Below are positions 41,086 through 53,277 of a stretch of DNA of 64,000 bases, in pieces. Both the position numbers and the translations under genes were made by a program. The DNA is from Lama guanicoe (taxonomy: Eukaryota), in the NCBI GenBank assembly GCA_013239625.1, contig MU054187.1, positions 11,429,231 to 11,493,230 on the forward strand, given 5' to 3'. The notes beneath the pieces were generated by a model that ran no database searches, was not told the origin of the DNA, and saw only the letters and a list, made by a program, of their open reading frames with translations. Position 1 is the first letter of the stretch. The number at the start of each line of letters is the position of its first letter.

Positions 41086-41899
41086 TACCCCAAGTTACTT
41101 TTTTGCTTTAGAAATTCTTTTTTTGGTATTTTGTTTGAAAATGCCAAGCTCTCCAGGGTTTTCTTCCCAGTGATATTTCCCACCGGACCGAGCCCCTGAC
41201 GGAGTCTGGCCCCACAAGACTGCTCTGTCACCAAATAACTAAATAAACGGATGGACAGTTTGGCCCCAAATATATCCGTTCCTGCTTTATTTCAAGTGCA
41301 GACTCTACATATAATAGATGGAAGTCAAAACTGCTTATACACGGGGACCGTGACCTGCTTCTTCTCAGTCCCCTTCAATACCCAGCCCTGTGCTTGCAGA
41401 ATTACAGGGACTGCACGATGTTGGGTTTTACACAGAGTCGCTGGGGTGTGGAGTGATAACCATCGTGCACTTCTAGGGGGGCGCTCATATTTGCCTCAGT
41501 GGTCTGTGCACAGGATCGCCTGAGGCCCCACAGCAGCAAGCCCTCAGTTCTCGTGGCTCCCCCGCTGGTGGAAGCCTTGCCGTCCCACGGGGTGGCTACG
41601 GCACCGAGTCTTCTAGTTGAAGGGATCACAGGAGACCACTCGGGTCAGTGCTTCTCAAACTGGGATTGGAGATTCGCAGGAAGCCACAGACCACTCCTGG
41701 GGAGATTTGGGGCCTATTCGAGATCATTTCCCTTCTGTCTTTCCACTTGGATGCATCTTGATTTCAGCGTCCACGTTTGCATTTAGGTTTACATAAGGTT
41801 TACTTGGTTGAGGCCGAGTGAACTGAGACGTAGCGTTTAGCTTTGGGGTCTGAGGGTCACTGGGCTTTCGGGGGTCTGTTCTCCGTCAGGCCTCGGGCC

Positions 41900-42250
41900 C
41901 AGCACAATGAACACACAGGGGGCCAAACACACCTCATTCTCTGCCCTCAAGACACATACTCTGAAGGTGGGTAAAGAAAGAAAGTAAATGAAATAAATAA
42001 AATAATTACAAGTTGTAATAACGCTGTGAAGGAAAGCGTGGTCCGAGTTTTTTAAAGGGACCCTTTTAGTGAGGGTGGGCATGACCAGCATTTCTGAAGA
42101 GGTGAAATTTAAGCCGAATCTAAGGGGTGGAGAGAAGAAACCATGTGAAGAGGAGGTGGTGGGAAGGATGGGTGAGAGGGGCAGTGCCCCAGGCAGGGGG
42201 ACTAGCAGGAGCAGGGGTCCTGAGGACGTGATGAGCTGGTTGTGTCCAGG
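41900..42250 (-). mobile_element. L2 LINE fragment
   Basis: ctctgccctcaag...ttctgaagaggtgaaatttaagc pattern of antisense L2. Confidence 0.55.
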
Positions 42251-42349
42251 ACCAGTAAGCCCCTTTAAAGATGAAGTATTGAGACACATGAAGTTTAGTT
42301 TGCTCCCAGCTTATAGAAGGTCCCTCAAATCTCTGTCTGCTTCCCCCCA

Positions 42350-43015
42350 TTTGAGCTGAGACCATCCTCCCCAAGACGTTACCATTTCTCACCTCTGCCA
42401 CTGCCAACTCTCCGTCCCTCTCCCAGACTCCTCTCTTGCCACTCTGCACAAAGCAGTTAGTGGTCATTTCATGACAGATGTTTTCCTTAGGATAAAAAGC
42501 AAAATCCCTAACAAATCCCGCAAAGCCCTGTGTGCCACGTTCCTGTCTCACTCTGGTCCTATTTCCTCCCACTCTCGCCCTTTTTGGCAGCTCAGCTTTT
42601 CTCTGCCTCAGGTGACCTAAGCACCCTCCAGCCTCAGGGCCTTTGCACATACTGTTCTGTCCACCTAGAAGGCTTTGACCCTATGCCCACCCCAAACCCT
42701 ATGCCTATCACAGACCTACTCACCCTTCAGTGTTCAGTTGTATTGTTGCTCCTCCCGGCGACCCTCCCCACATCTCAGACTAGGTTAAATCCCTTTGCAC
42801 ATTCTTCCAGCGTACTTTTTCTCCATAGGACTTACCACATTTGTAATTACATTGGGTGGTTTTTTATTTCTTTCTTTCTTTATTTTGCTTTTGTTTTTGC
42901 TTAACATTTGTCTTTTCCACTGGACTGTATGTTTCTCAAGATAAAAGACCGTGTCTGTGAGATACCGAACCCTCTGACCCAAGGGAGGTGCTCAGTAAAT
43001 ATTAGGTGAATAAAC
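42350..43015 (+). mobile_element. L2 LINE 3' fragment
   Basis: cctcagggcctttgcacat and terminal gtgctcagtaaatattaggtgaataaac. Confidence 0.65.
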
Positions 43016-43774
43016 AGGCAAGCAAGCCACCTGGCCGAGGATCAAATCAACTCAGGTCAGTTTAACTTGTGAGTGCCTGCCGCTGGGTATCACAGTGCTA
43101 GTGACATGAGGAATGGTAAAGTGAGTGAGGAAAATGGTCTCCTGCTATTAAGGATCTTAATTTTAGGGAGCCCCCCGACTCTTTGAGAAGCAAAGTGGGG
43201 ATGGGATCTCAGTAGCAAATTGGATGCTCTTTCTAGTATACAGTCTATTATTAGCACTCACGATACTGGTGTTCTAGGACAGGGGTTTTCAGAATGTTTT
43301 TCCCAATGAGCCACTGTAAAAAGTACAGTTTCTGTTAGGATCCTGTACACATATGTACACACATGTATGCATCTGTGCATGTGTGTATATGTGACCATTT
43401 GTGCCCTGTGACCACCTGACGTTCAGAACAGGCTAAGGCACCAGGTACATCTCTTTATTAAGTAACCATTTTTCCCTTTAAAAAAAAATAACCATAAATA
43501 GAAATCCTGATGTTTTCCTTCCCCTTCACCAGGCGGTCACCCTGTCCTGGAGCCCAGGGCCCCGCAGAGCTAAGGGGAAGGCATATTAACGGGCCTGAAA
43601 CGTCACCTTCACCTTCAGCCTATAATCACCTTCGTAGATCACCATTGTTTTTTCCATCTTCGCCTAATTTCACAGCAAATTTGTATACAGAGGGGGGTAA
43701 ATAGAGTTATTTTTAACATCCTCCCACATAGTACTTACAAAAAAGAAAATGTGAACTTTAAAGTGTAAAGGTAA

Positions 43775-44014
<240 letters not shown>

Positions 44015-44084
44015 TGAAGGTGATTGAAAATGGAATAACCAGGACACAAGCTTAAAGGTCTTGTCCCGGTCTCTTCACCCGCAG

Positions 44085-44208
44085 CTCACAAACACTGTGC
44101 ACACGGTGGAGCGGGGCGTTTTGAATCAGCTACATGTGCAACTCATGAGCCTCAGGAGCTGCCAGGGGTATAAGCAGTGCAACCCGAGACCTAAGGGCCT
44201 GGAAGCTG
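44085..44208 (+). CDS. SULF1: SULF1 coding exon 15 (124 bp): [41 protein letters not shown]; ends in phase 1
   Basis: Follows a 94-bp intron. Acceptor cgcag, donor gtaagg. Confidence 0.96.
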
Positions 44209-45946
44209 GTAAGGAAAAAAGAATGTTGTCCTCTTGTACCTGGAAAATTCTTTCTGTTGTCAAGTTTTCTGCCTTTGAAATACACAGTTGGGCATAGAAG
44301 ACGTAGAAACATACAGTCGGTCTATTTACAGGAGAAACTCTCTGGGCAATTCCAAACACACTTTGTTCTCTAAATTTAGCTCTGGGTGCACTAATGAAAA
44401 ATTTTATGCCCCTAAAGATCTGGTGAGTGTTTCATTCCAGTCTGTCCTACCGTTGCGTTCTCTTAGTAAACCTCAGTGGCTGACAGAAACATCCGCTGGA
44501 AGATGGGATGAAAGCATTGGTGGCGCTATTTGTCATTGCTGTCAGCAATCGTAAGATGCTCTCTCGGTAAACCAGGATATGCTTTTTTTTTTTTTAAGAG
44601 AATTTGAATGGAAACACACAATGCCCTATTTCTTCTTATCAGAGTTTGGAGCTACCCCAATCGGATCCCTGCCCGTGACACATGGAATTAGATTTCTTTT
44701 GCCAGTTACTTCCCATCTGAAACTGGCGATGTTTGAGCGAGTCGTTGTCTTGAGATCTGAAAGCTTGAGAGGGCCTGTATGGAGCCAGCCAGACACTCCC
44801 TTCCTAGTCTGCAGCCTTAACTCACTTGTTCCTCCTTGGGCTCATGGAGAGGCAGTTCTTTTCAGCATCGCTGCCAGCTCTTGCCAGGTTAATGAGAATT
44901 CTTCTTTTCTCATAATTCCTATAGAAATGTAAATACCAGACGTCCATAGAAGGAAGGAGAAAGCCAAAGCTAGCCGAGGGCATTGTGCACCAACCCACAG
45001 GGGCAAAGAGCTGGACCCGCAGGCAGCGGGGAGTGATTTGCAGCCCCTGCTGTGCAGCTGGGTTTTCTTGGTGTCCTTAAGAGCCTGTGTCTCTGTGGTT
45101 CCCTGCAGAGCCAGCAACGCCAGTGGGCAGCTCCCCGGGGCCATGTGACTTGATGGGGATGGGAGGGGGTGGGAGGAAGGCATTCTGAAATGATCAGCAT
45201 CACCCCTGTCACTTCCACCACTGTAGGACCCTGAAGGCTTTCGAGCTGGGTGTCCCATAAGAAATTATAAATCCCTTGGGAGTTCCCGTCGCAGCTGTCA
45301 GTCACCACCCTTCAGCTAACACCTTAGTGGATTTCATCACCAGCCGCAAAAGTCATCTTGGTCACTGACCCCACCCAGCTTCCATCTTTGCAGATACCCT
45401 GCTTATCTGTTGACCTTTTCCTCAAATCTTACCCTCCCTCCTCCAAAAAAGCCCACTAAGGCCTGGAAACTGAAACCATTGTTAGAGGCACTAGAAATAT
45501 TACACCCAGCTATCCCTCCCCAAAGAACACAGCAGCCTCGCTGCTGATGACAGGGCAGCTCAGCTTAGTGACATCTGACAGAGCCTCCAGATGAGGGCCT
45601 GTTACAGCCGTTAGGCTTCAAGTAGTCCTGTCTACCTTCGAGACGACTCCTGGGGGAAATGATGATTGGTCCTTTTTTCCAAGCATTTGGTCTAAAATAA
45701 CCAACATTTAATTAACTATTAGAGACTTACATGGGCTCTTGGAAGTACCTGTCTTACTACTTCTAAGTGGGCTCTCCTCTCTCACCCCACCCATATTTCA
45801 CGTGAGCTCTTCCACGGTTTATCTGAAACCTTTTTATTTATAGCTTTCAATCCTCATTTTGAACCTGTCTAATAGAAAAAGTTCTGTTGGACTCCGGCAC
45901 TGTCTGTACTTAACCCAGTATGTTTCCTTCTAGGATTTAGACATTG

Positions 45947-46300
45947 TGCATGAAACACTACATAGTGGATGGTTTGACGAGTTCTAAAGCTAACATAAAT
46001 TACTCTTATATTTTCCTATATCAGGAAATAAAGATGGAGGAAGCTATGACCTTCACAGGTATTCACATTTTTTATTCTCCCCGGCAGCTTCTTTCCCAAT
46101 AATTGCATGATCCAGCCATTTTAACTAATTTCTGTTTCTTACTTTGTGGCCCAGAGCATAGCTGGGGGTGCATGCATGTTCTAACAGCCTTCTCCACCGT
46201 ATTGTGTCATTGGGTACCGATCTGTCATTTTGCTTTTAAATCAGCTCACTGTCATCACAAGATGTCTCAGAGCATTTACTCACTCCCATGCTTGTTTGCT
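45947..46300 (+). promoter_or_regulatory. Intronic splicing-regulatory cluster around the 34-nt exon
   Basis: TGCATG (RBFOX) at 45947, 46104, 46169 and 46173; ACTAAT (QKI) at 46124; YCAY cluster at ~46205-46290. Confidence 0.65.
46025..46058 (+). CDS. SULF1: SULF1 penultimate 34-nt microexon: (G)NKDGGSYDLH(R)
   Basis: Acceptor atcag, branch-like CTAAC at 45990-45994, weak donor gtattc; encodes the expected GNKDGGSYDLHR. Confidence 0.94.
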
Positions 46301-48387
46301 TGTTGGACGGTGCTTTTAAGCATGGAATGATGTGAAGGGGGGAAAAAAAACCCCAGAATAACCGTTGGGAGCCCTGGGGAGAAGATGGGAGAATTATTTT
46401 CTTAGGGGTGCTTACACGTTGATTTGGTGGAAAGGCGTGGTGGAAGCTAAAGATTTTATGAAACAACGTCAGAATCACAAGAAGAGTGATGGGAATTTTA
46501 AGGGCATTCTAGGCTGAAGCTGGAGGAGAAAGAGGAGCTTCCTGGTTTACAGCCCTTAAAAACTTTGCTGGTGAAAAGCAGGGGTGATAGGATTCAGAAG
46601 AATCTGCCAGCGGCAGTGGCTGAAGAGGGGGTGTAGGGGTTGGGGTCAGGGCATCTGGAGTCCAAATGCACAGAAAAGTCTCAACACAGCACGAAGACAG
46701 TAGCACCTGACACAGGAAAGCTTTATGAATGGCCCTCAGCCCGGTATTTTTATCCCCTTCCAGCCCCCACCCATCCCTCTTACCTGTCTGTGCTCTGGGG
46801 GAAGGGAGCGGTACCCAGAACGCCCGGTGGGCGAGTCGGTCCTTGCTAATGCCCTTCTCCTCCGAGCTTAGACCTCAGGCAGGTCCGTTAAAAACATGCT
46901 GCGTGGGGCAGGAGGGGCCCGTCCTTACCACCTTACTGCAGGGTAACTGAGACACAGATGTATCAATACCTTAGTTCAAGAATCCTCTTGGGAGAACATC
47001 CATCAGAGGAAGTTGGACTTAACCCCCGCCATCCGCACTGACACTGTCTCAGAGAAACAGACTATCGCCACTCCAGGGCACCCTGGCTGCCCCCAGTCAC
47101 CCTTCCAGCCTCCTGAGATTTCGTCTCCGATTCCTCCTTTTAGAGGGCAGTTTATTGGTCCAGGAGAAGCAAAATGAGTGTAGGAAAGGGGATGGGAGAG
47201 GCGTGAGCAAACAAACAAGACAAAGGCAGCTGGACTTTTGAGGATCCTTGACAGCCATTTCCATATCTCTTCTTTTCCTCTTCCCTCCTGTCTGTCTTCT
47301 CTTCTTTTCCCACTCTGCCCTGACACCGACCCTGTGTCCTTCGGCCCCCAGCACATGTAGGACAGAGCAGAAGAGCCCTGTCTTAAGCTGGGCTCACCCG
47401 GGACGTGGGTGGACGAGGTAACATCTCATACGCCAGGCCTGTTCTGTCTGCTTCTCAGGGGTCACGTTAGGACATTTCCGAAATGTGACATTTTAAGCAG
47501 ACCTAACACTGGATATTGACTTTACAGTTATTTTATGATGCACTCAGTTCTGCAGTCAGGGGATTTTCAGTCTGGCCCTCTTTGATTTCTGTCATGAAAG
47601 AGGTCACAGGCTATTAACAGCTTATCTGAGACACAAGTCTGGTCAGAGCTGAGTCACAGCATCCCTCATCAAGCCGTTCCAGGACAACGTGGAGATGAAG
47701 ACTGCACGCCAGTTGCAATTAAATGGCAGGGACCTGGGGCTCCCCGTCCCTGATGCCTGTCCCTAGCCACTGAACGGGGCCAAAGCCATCATTTCTGGGA
47801 CCGTTCTGGCACACCCTTGGTAACTTCAGTTGTTGATGGAGTTCCTTCTCTGACAACGGGGCCAGTGAAAGTGTGTGTGTGCAGGGTGATCTAGTGTTAC
47901 CTGTTGCTTTTTTTTTCTTCTTCTTCTTCTAAATTTCTTACAAAGGACAAACCTGAAGAGCCTCTGTTAACTCAAAATGACTGGCATTTTTAGCCTCCAT
48001 CATTTTATAATCTATGAGGTAAACTCTCTTTCAGCCGATAGCCATGGAAATGATCAAACCAAGAGCACTTACCTGTCACACCTGGGCTCTCCATGGACGC
48101 TCAGAGGCAGCGTTCAGTGTGGCCCTCCCTGCTCACGGCATCCTGTTGGACTGAAAGACAACAGATGCTAAGCAAGCTGCCAGAAACACTGCTGCCTCGG
48201 TTCACCAGTCCACAGCCCTCCAGGGAGAGGCGCCCCTCGTGGGATTTTTGGAAGCCTTGATGCTTTCAGATTTTTTTTTTTAAGAAAACTAATTAAAATA
48301 GCTTTTTAATCATGAAATTTGATGACACAAGACTTTGAGAAAAAAGATTACAACCAAACCTGAAGAATTTGGAATTTGAAAATCCAA

Positions 48388-48519
48388 GGGTATATAGCTC
48401 GGTTGTGGAACACGTGCTTAGAACGCATGAGGTCCTGGGTTCAATCCCCAGTACATCCATTAAATTAATAAATAAACAAACCTAATTACCTCCCCCCCAA
48501 ATTTTTCTTTTTAAAAAAG
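48388..48519 (+). mobile_element. tRNA-derived SINE (Vic-1-like)
   Basis: tatagctcgg...gaggtcctgggttcaatccccagtac...cctaattacctccccccc. Confidence 0.82.
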
Positions 48520-48659
48520 AGTATTCTAGAAAATGCAACTTGTATCAAATTGACTAAATAAGAGTTTTTAAACTGCCTTCAATTTTGTGGACCTTCAATA
48601 ATTAATCCTTAGACCGATTTAGAAGATCTTTTACAAGCAAGCCTGTTTCCTGTTCAGCT

Positions 48660-48692
48660 TTTTTCTTTTTTTTTTTTTTTTTTTTTTTTTTT
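48660..48692. repeat. Poly-T tract
   Basis: About 30 T with one C. Confidence 0.9.
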
Positions 48693-50169
48693 GGGAACGA
48701 GGCTGGGGCGGCTCAAGTGCTTTCTTATTCACCCTGGTCATTTTCCGAATGGGACAAGGTCAGAGTCAGAACACAGCCCGGAAGGTGACCCCCATGACTC
48801 AGGAAATAATTGTTGGCTTGAGTTGCAAGTAATAATTTCTGTGCTGCAAAATAGGATAGGATCCACAGGTTGATGGGGTGTTTATTTTTCCCACTGCCTA
48901 TGAAAGCTGGTGCCGCTGTCCTTTGATGAGCTCCTGGCAGTCGTGGTGTGTGTCCGGTGGTGGTGTGGGCTAGACGGTCAGTTCTTGGCAGCCTCAGGCT
49001 GGCGGGGCTGCTTCCTGACCCTTCTGCCCCACGCCCTGCAGCCAGCAGACCACATCGTGCCCACTCTCAACAACCATGCTTCCGTCCACATTGCTTTTGC
49101 TTGGGGTTTTTTTTTTTCTTGACGCGCCCTCACCAGCCTCTTAGGACGCCATGCCTGCCCCTGTCAAAGCACTTCACATCCTGTACTGTAATTATTAGGT
49201 GTCACCCTGTGCTCCTTGAAGCTGTCACCTTGCAGAGAGGTGGTCACATACATTCTGTCCTTTCTTTGTTGAGTGGATGAAAGAGGGGTCCTCCCCCCCC
49301 CCCCGCTTCCCCCTGTATATTAAAGCGAAACAAAGGTACGTGCCGTTCTTCGGTTTAGGGAGGATGTCAGAGTTCTGCAAATTCAGCACTTATTTTCTTC
49401 TTCTGCAACACGAGAAACAGGCCACTTGGAGAAGAATCTCTGTTAGAAAAGTCAAAGTTATGAACGTTCTCTGAGAGCTTAGATTGACTGATCCTGAGCA
49501 GGGTGGCCGCTGCGGTGCAAGGAAAAACTTACCCACCTGTTGGCGTGATCTGTCTAGCAGGGCTTTTGCTGGGTTTTTGTGCCTACCTGTCATCCCACGG
49601 CACACTCCTGTCTAGGGTGCAAACTGCACAGCACGCACAGCGGCCCTGGCCCCGACCCACCCCCTAACAGCCCTGAATGCAAGTCCCCTCACTTGTCTTA
49701 GGAAGCCAGCCTCCCCTCCCGCCCAAACGCTGGCCTTGGCTCATCTCTCGGCCGGGCGCCCGGAACAGGAAAGTCCAACAGTGCTAGCGAGGCATCTTGA
49801 AAGGAAAACAGAGCCCTGAGAGGTGACTGAGAGAAGAGACCCAGGGAAGGGGAGCCCCAGACGCCGGCCATGAGTCACGACTGGAGCGCGGTCACACAGT
49901 CCTCATCTCCAAGTGGCCCAGGGCTGGCTCGCTAGCACTGCTGAGCCTGGGGGAAAGCAAACAGACGTATCAGGGCAGGTGCACCTGGCGAGGTGCCTAC
50001 ACTCCCAGGGAGCAAGTGGTAGGTCAGCCAGAAACCCACTCAGCATGGTAGTTTCCTTGATCGCTGAGAACTGGCAGGATGTTTTAATTAATACAGCTCT
50101 TCTCCCTACAAGTTCCAGTTCTGAGGGCACTCATTTGATTTTCAAAACTGAGGTGGCCTGAGCAGAGCA

Positions 50170-52450
50170 TCTGTAATGGCTTGAGTTTTAAGTTTTGTAT
50201 GTTTCAGTGATTATTTCTCCCTGGTCATTTTCTATTTTGTATACTTGAAATTTCTCCCCTTTTACTTAATTAGGAAGGCTAGTGACTGTTTGATACTTTT
50301 TTTTTTTAAAGAATCAGGATTTTGACTTATTAATGGATAGGTCGTTTTTCTGCTCTTTACCTCACTGATTTTACTTTCGTTTTCATCACCTCCTTCTTTG
50401 CGCTTGCATTTGGTTTATGTTGTTCTTGCTTCAGCTGTTGAGTTTGGGGCTTCAGTTCATTTACGTTTTGTGATAAAAGTGCTTTGAGGCTATGAAGTTT
50501 CTTCTAATTACTGCTTCAAATGTATCGTAAGGTCTTAACTTGTCGTGCTTTCGTTAGCATTATTTTTAAGAAATTTCTGTAATTTTAGATTTGTATTTCC
50601 CTTTCCGTCCAGAAGATGTTTAATAGAAGGTTTGTTCATTTCCAGGTTAAAGGGCTTTTTTTGTTGTTTTAATTCTATTAATTTCTAGCTTTATTGTATT
50701 TTGTCCAAGGGTTATTTATAATATTTCTACTTTATGCAACTTACTTACACAGTCTTTGTGACCTAATATATAATCCAATTGTGTGAATTCCTGTGTGTGT
50801 TTGAGAAGGCGGAACCTCTGTTCTCAGAGTATGTTACTATTGGATATGTATTTGTGAGAACTACCTGATTGATTATATATTGAGATCTTCCATATTTTTC
50901 TTTATTTTGAGTCCATTTTACCTCTCTTGGCTGGAGTATCTCTTTTTACTATGTTTCTGTGTATTTCTCATTGCATCTTTTAAAAAATACTTTGTAGCTT
51001 ATTTATTTGGGGGGAGAAGGTAATTAGGTTTTTAATTAATTGATTAATTAATTTTAATGGAGATTAAAATTTACCAGGGCTTGAACCCACTCTAGCACTG
51101 AGATACAGCCCCCATTGCATCTTATATCGATAGCTCCTTCTTTATAAAGATGGTTGCGCTTCTCCCCCACTTTTGAAATGTAGTAGAGTTTGTATTTTGT
51201 TCTGTTGGTTGCCCCTGAACTTACATATTTTTAATGCCCCTAATCCCTGTTTCTCATTTGATCCTTGATTACCTCGCTGGTCCATTTTGGACGGTGTTCC
51301 GTGACTCCCAACGATTGCGTGAACGACAGTGACCTTACTTTCTTCCAGCTCTTCCCCTTCTCGCATTTTTTTTCTACTTTATTTCTACATGAGCTCTACT
51401 TTTGTACATATTGTTTCTTCACCCTTCCCCTCTCTTTGTTTTACGCCTGAATCTGGCAAATGTTTTAAATGCTCACCATCCATCCTTTTTGCTGAAGTTC
51501 CCCCAGTGACCTCTTGGCTGAATGAAATCCATCCTCTAGAAGACTGTCCTAGAAGAGCTGATATGTGCCGTGTTCTCCGCACCCTTACATGTCTGGAACT
51601 GTTTTTCTGTAGCCTTGATACCTGAAGGAGTGCTTGGCTAGATACACGGTCGTTGGTCCGTACTTTAATTTCTGATTTAAGATGGCTTTCGCATCCTCCG
51701 ATGCTTGATTGGGAAGATTTAATTCACTTATCAGTGTTTTGTTGTGCTTTCCTCCACTTTATGGTTTATTTTGGCAGGGGCATTTTTATAAGATGATGGA
51801 GTTTTCATTCTTATTTTCTATTTTCTTTTATAATAATTTTGTCTATATTTAGACTGCGCTCATTAATTTCATGGACTTCCGGTATTTACAAGACACATGG
51901 TGTAAGAGGCTCCTTTTCTGTCAGTGTCACCTTTTCTGTCAGTGTTTACTTTCTTATTTTGTTATTATTTGGGGATGGGATTGTAAGAGGCTGTGTGTTT
52001 CCTCCAATATTTTGTTTTTCCTGTTTTCTTGCAGGACCTGAAATGTCCTCTCTTTGGCTTCCTTTTTGCTTTGTCACCCAGTTTCCAAAGGATGTTCCTC
52101 TCTTCCTTTGTATGCTTTTCCCCCTGAAGGGATGCCTTTTAAGACTGCCACCTCGATCCGTGTGCACCTCTGAGCCTCTCTCTCATCAGTACCTCAATTT
52201 ACCAAGACTGCACAGCATTTTACACTTCAGGTTGACATCCTTTCCAGCGATGGTTTCAAATCAGTCTGTGACTCCATCCTCAATCCCTTCTACTCTGTTC
52301 TGCACTGGCTTCCCAGGGCTGGTGCCCAAAGTGGGACACCCAGCTCTACTGGGATTTCGTATTAAATCTCTTTTTCACTTACAGGTGATTTTGAAGACTA
52401 CAGCATTCTCTACCTTCTGGTTACACTGAGGGTGTGGGTTTGTGTGGTTC
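50170..52450 (-). mobile_element. Ancient degraded L1-like region; boundaries approximate
   Basis: Long T-rich stretch with antisense L1-like phrases (ttgaggctatgaagtttcttctaattactgctt; tttgtgacctaatatataatc). Confidence 0.45.
50980..51112 (-). mobile_element. Internally deleted Vic-1-like SINE
   Basis: aggtaattaggttt tail motif, ttgaaccc, cactgagatacagccccc; 11-bp TSD cattgcatctt at 50969-50979 and 51113-51123. Confidence 0.75.
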
Positions 52451-53246
52451 TGCTGACTCTTCCTGCTAATCTGTGTTGCTTTGTGGGTAGTTTATCATTT
52501 TCACTGAGGGCATCTCTTTCTAAATGGTACTTGGACACATCTAGAGGAAAGATGTTGTTTCCTACAGAACTATAGTCATCTTGGTGATGTAGAAATATCT
52601 GAGAGAAAGCTGGTGTATTGTTTGCATGCTGTGAAAACCACTCAATGATTAATTTATCTGAAGGATAGAACTTTTAGGGCAAAAAAAAAAAAACCCAGAG
52701 AAACAGATCCATTTAATTTGAAGAGTTTAATTGCATGCAAATGTGTTTTTATACTGAGTGCCAGGGCATATGAAATAAAAATATCTTACTAAGTGTTGCC
52801 TATTACATTAAGATACTTTGAAATCCATCATTCGCCCAGCAGCTCTATAAGTAGTAAAGGTTTTTTTTCACAGAGCTATTCCCACGCTTGACAGATGAGG
52901 GATCAAGACTCGGGGAAAGTCACTCACACGATTTCCTGGGTGCAGAGGTGACCTGAGTAAACCCAGGAGTAACACACAAGCCCCCTGACTGGTAACATCA
53001 GTGACTTCCAGCACCACCTGAGCCCAGTCGTAGAAGTTTTCACTCTTCCATCCTCTTTCCGATTTTCATTTTCATTTAATCACTTGTGTCATCCAAGGCC
53101 ATGCCTTGATAACAAATCATTAGGAGAATATGCTTTTTAGTGTCATATTTCAAACGGATTTGCACCATAAAAATAATATAAGCTGCTTCTCCAGTAAATA
53201 GGAAATACTTTCTCCACTAATGATCCACCTTCGTCTCTTTTCACAG

Positions 53247-53277
53247 AGGACAGCTGTGGGAAGGATGGGAGGGCTAA
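53247..53277 (+). CDS. SULF1: SULF1 terminal coding segment, canonical frame: (R)[13 protein letters not shown]
   Basis: Acceptor tcacag with ACTAAT branch-like motif at 53216-53221; TAA at 53275-53277; Sulf-family C-terminus. Confidence 0.96.

Noticed and set aside
41837..42904. Cluster of 96-176 aa ORFs
   Set aside because: They overlap L2 remnants and show no intact reverse transcriptase or other domain.
51839..52429. 196-aa hydrophobic ORF
   Set aside because: It lies in T-rich degraded L1-like sequence; the F/L/S bias follows base composition, and it has a non-ATG start.
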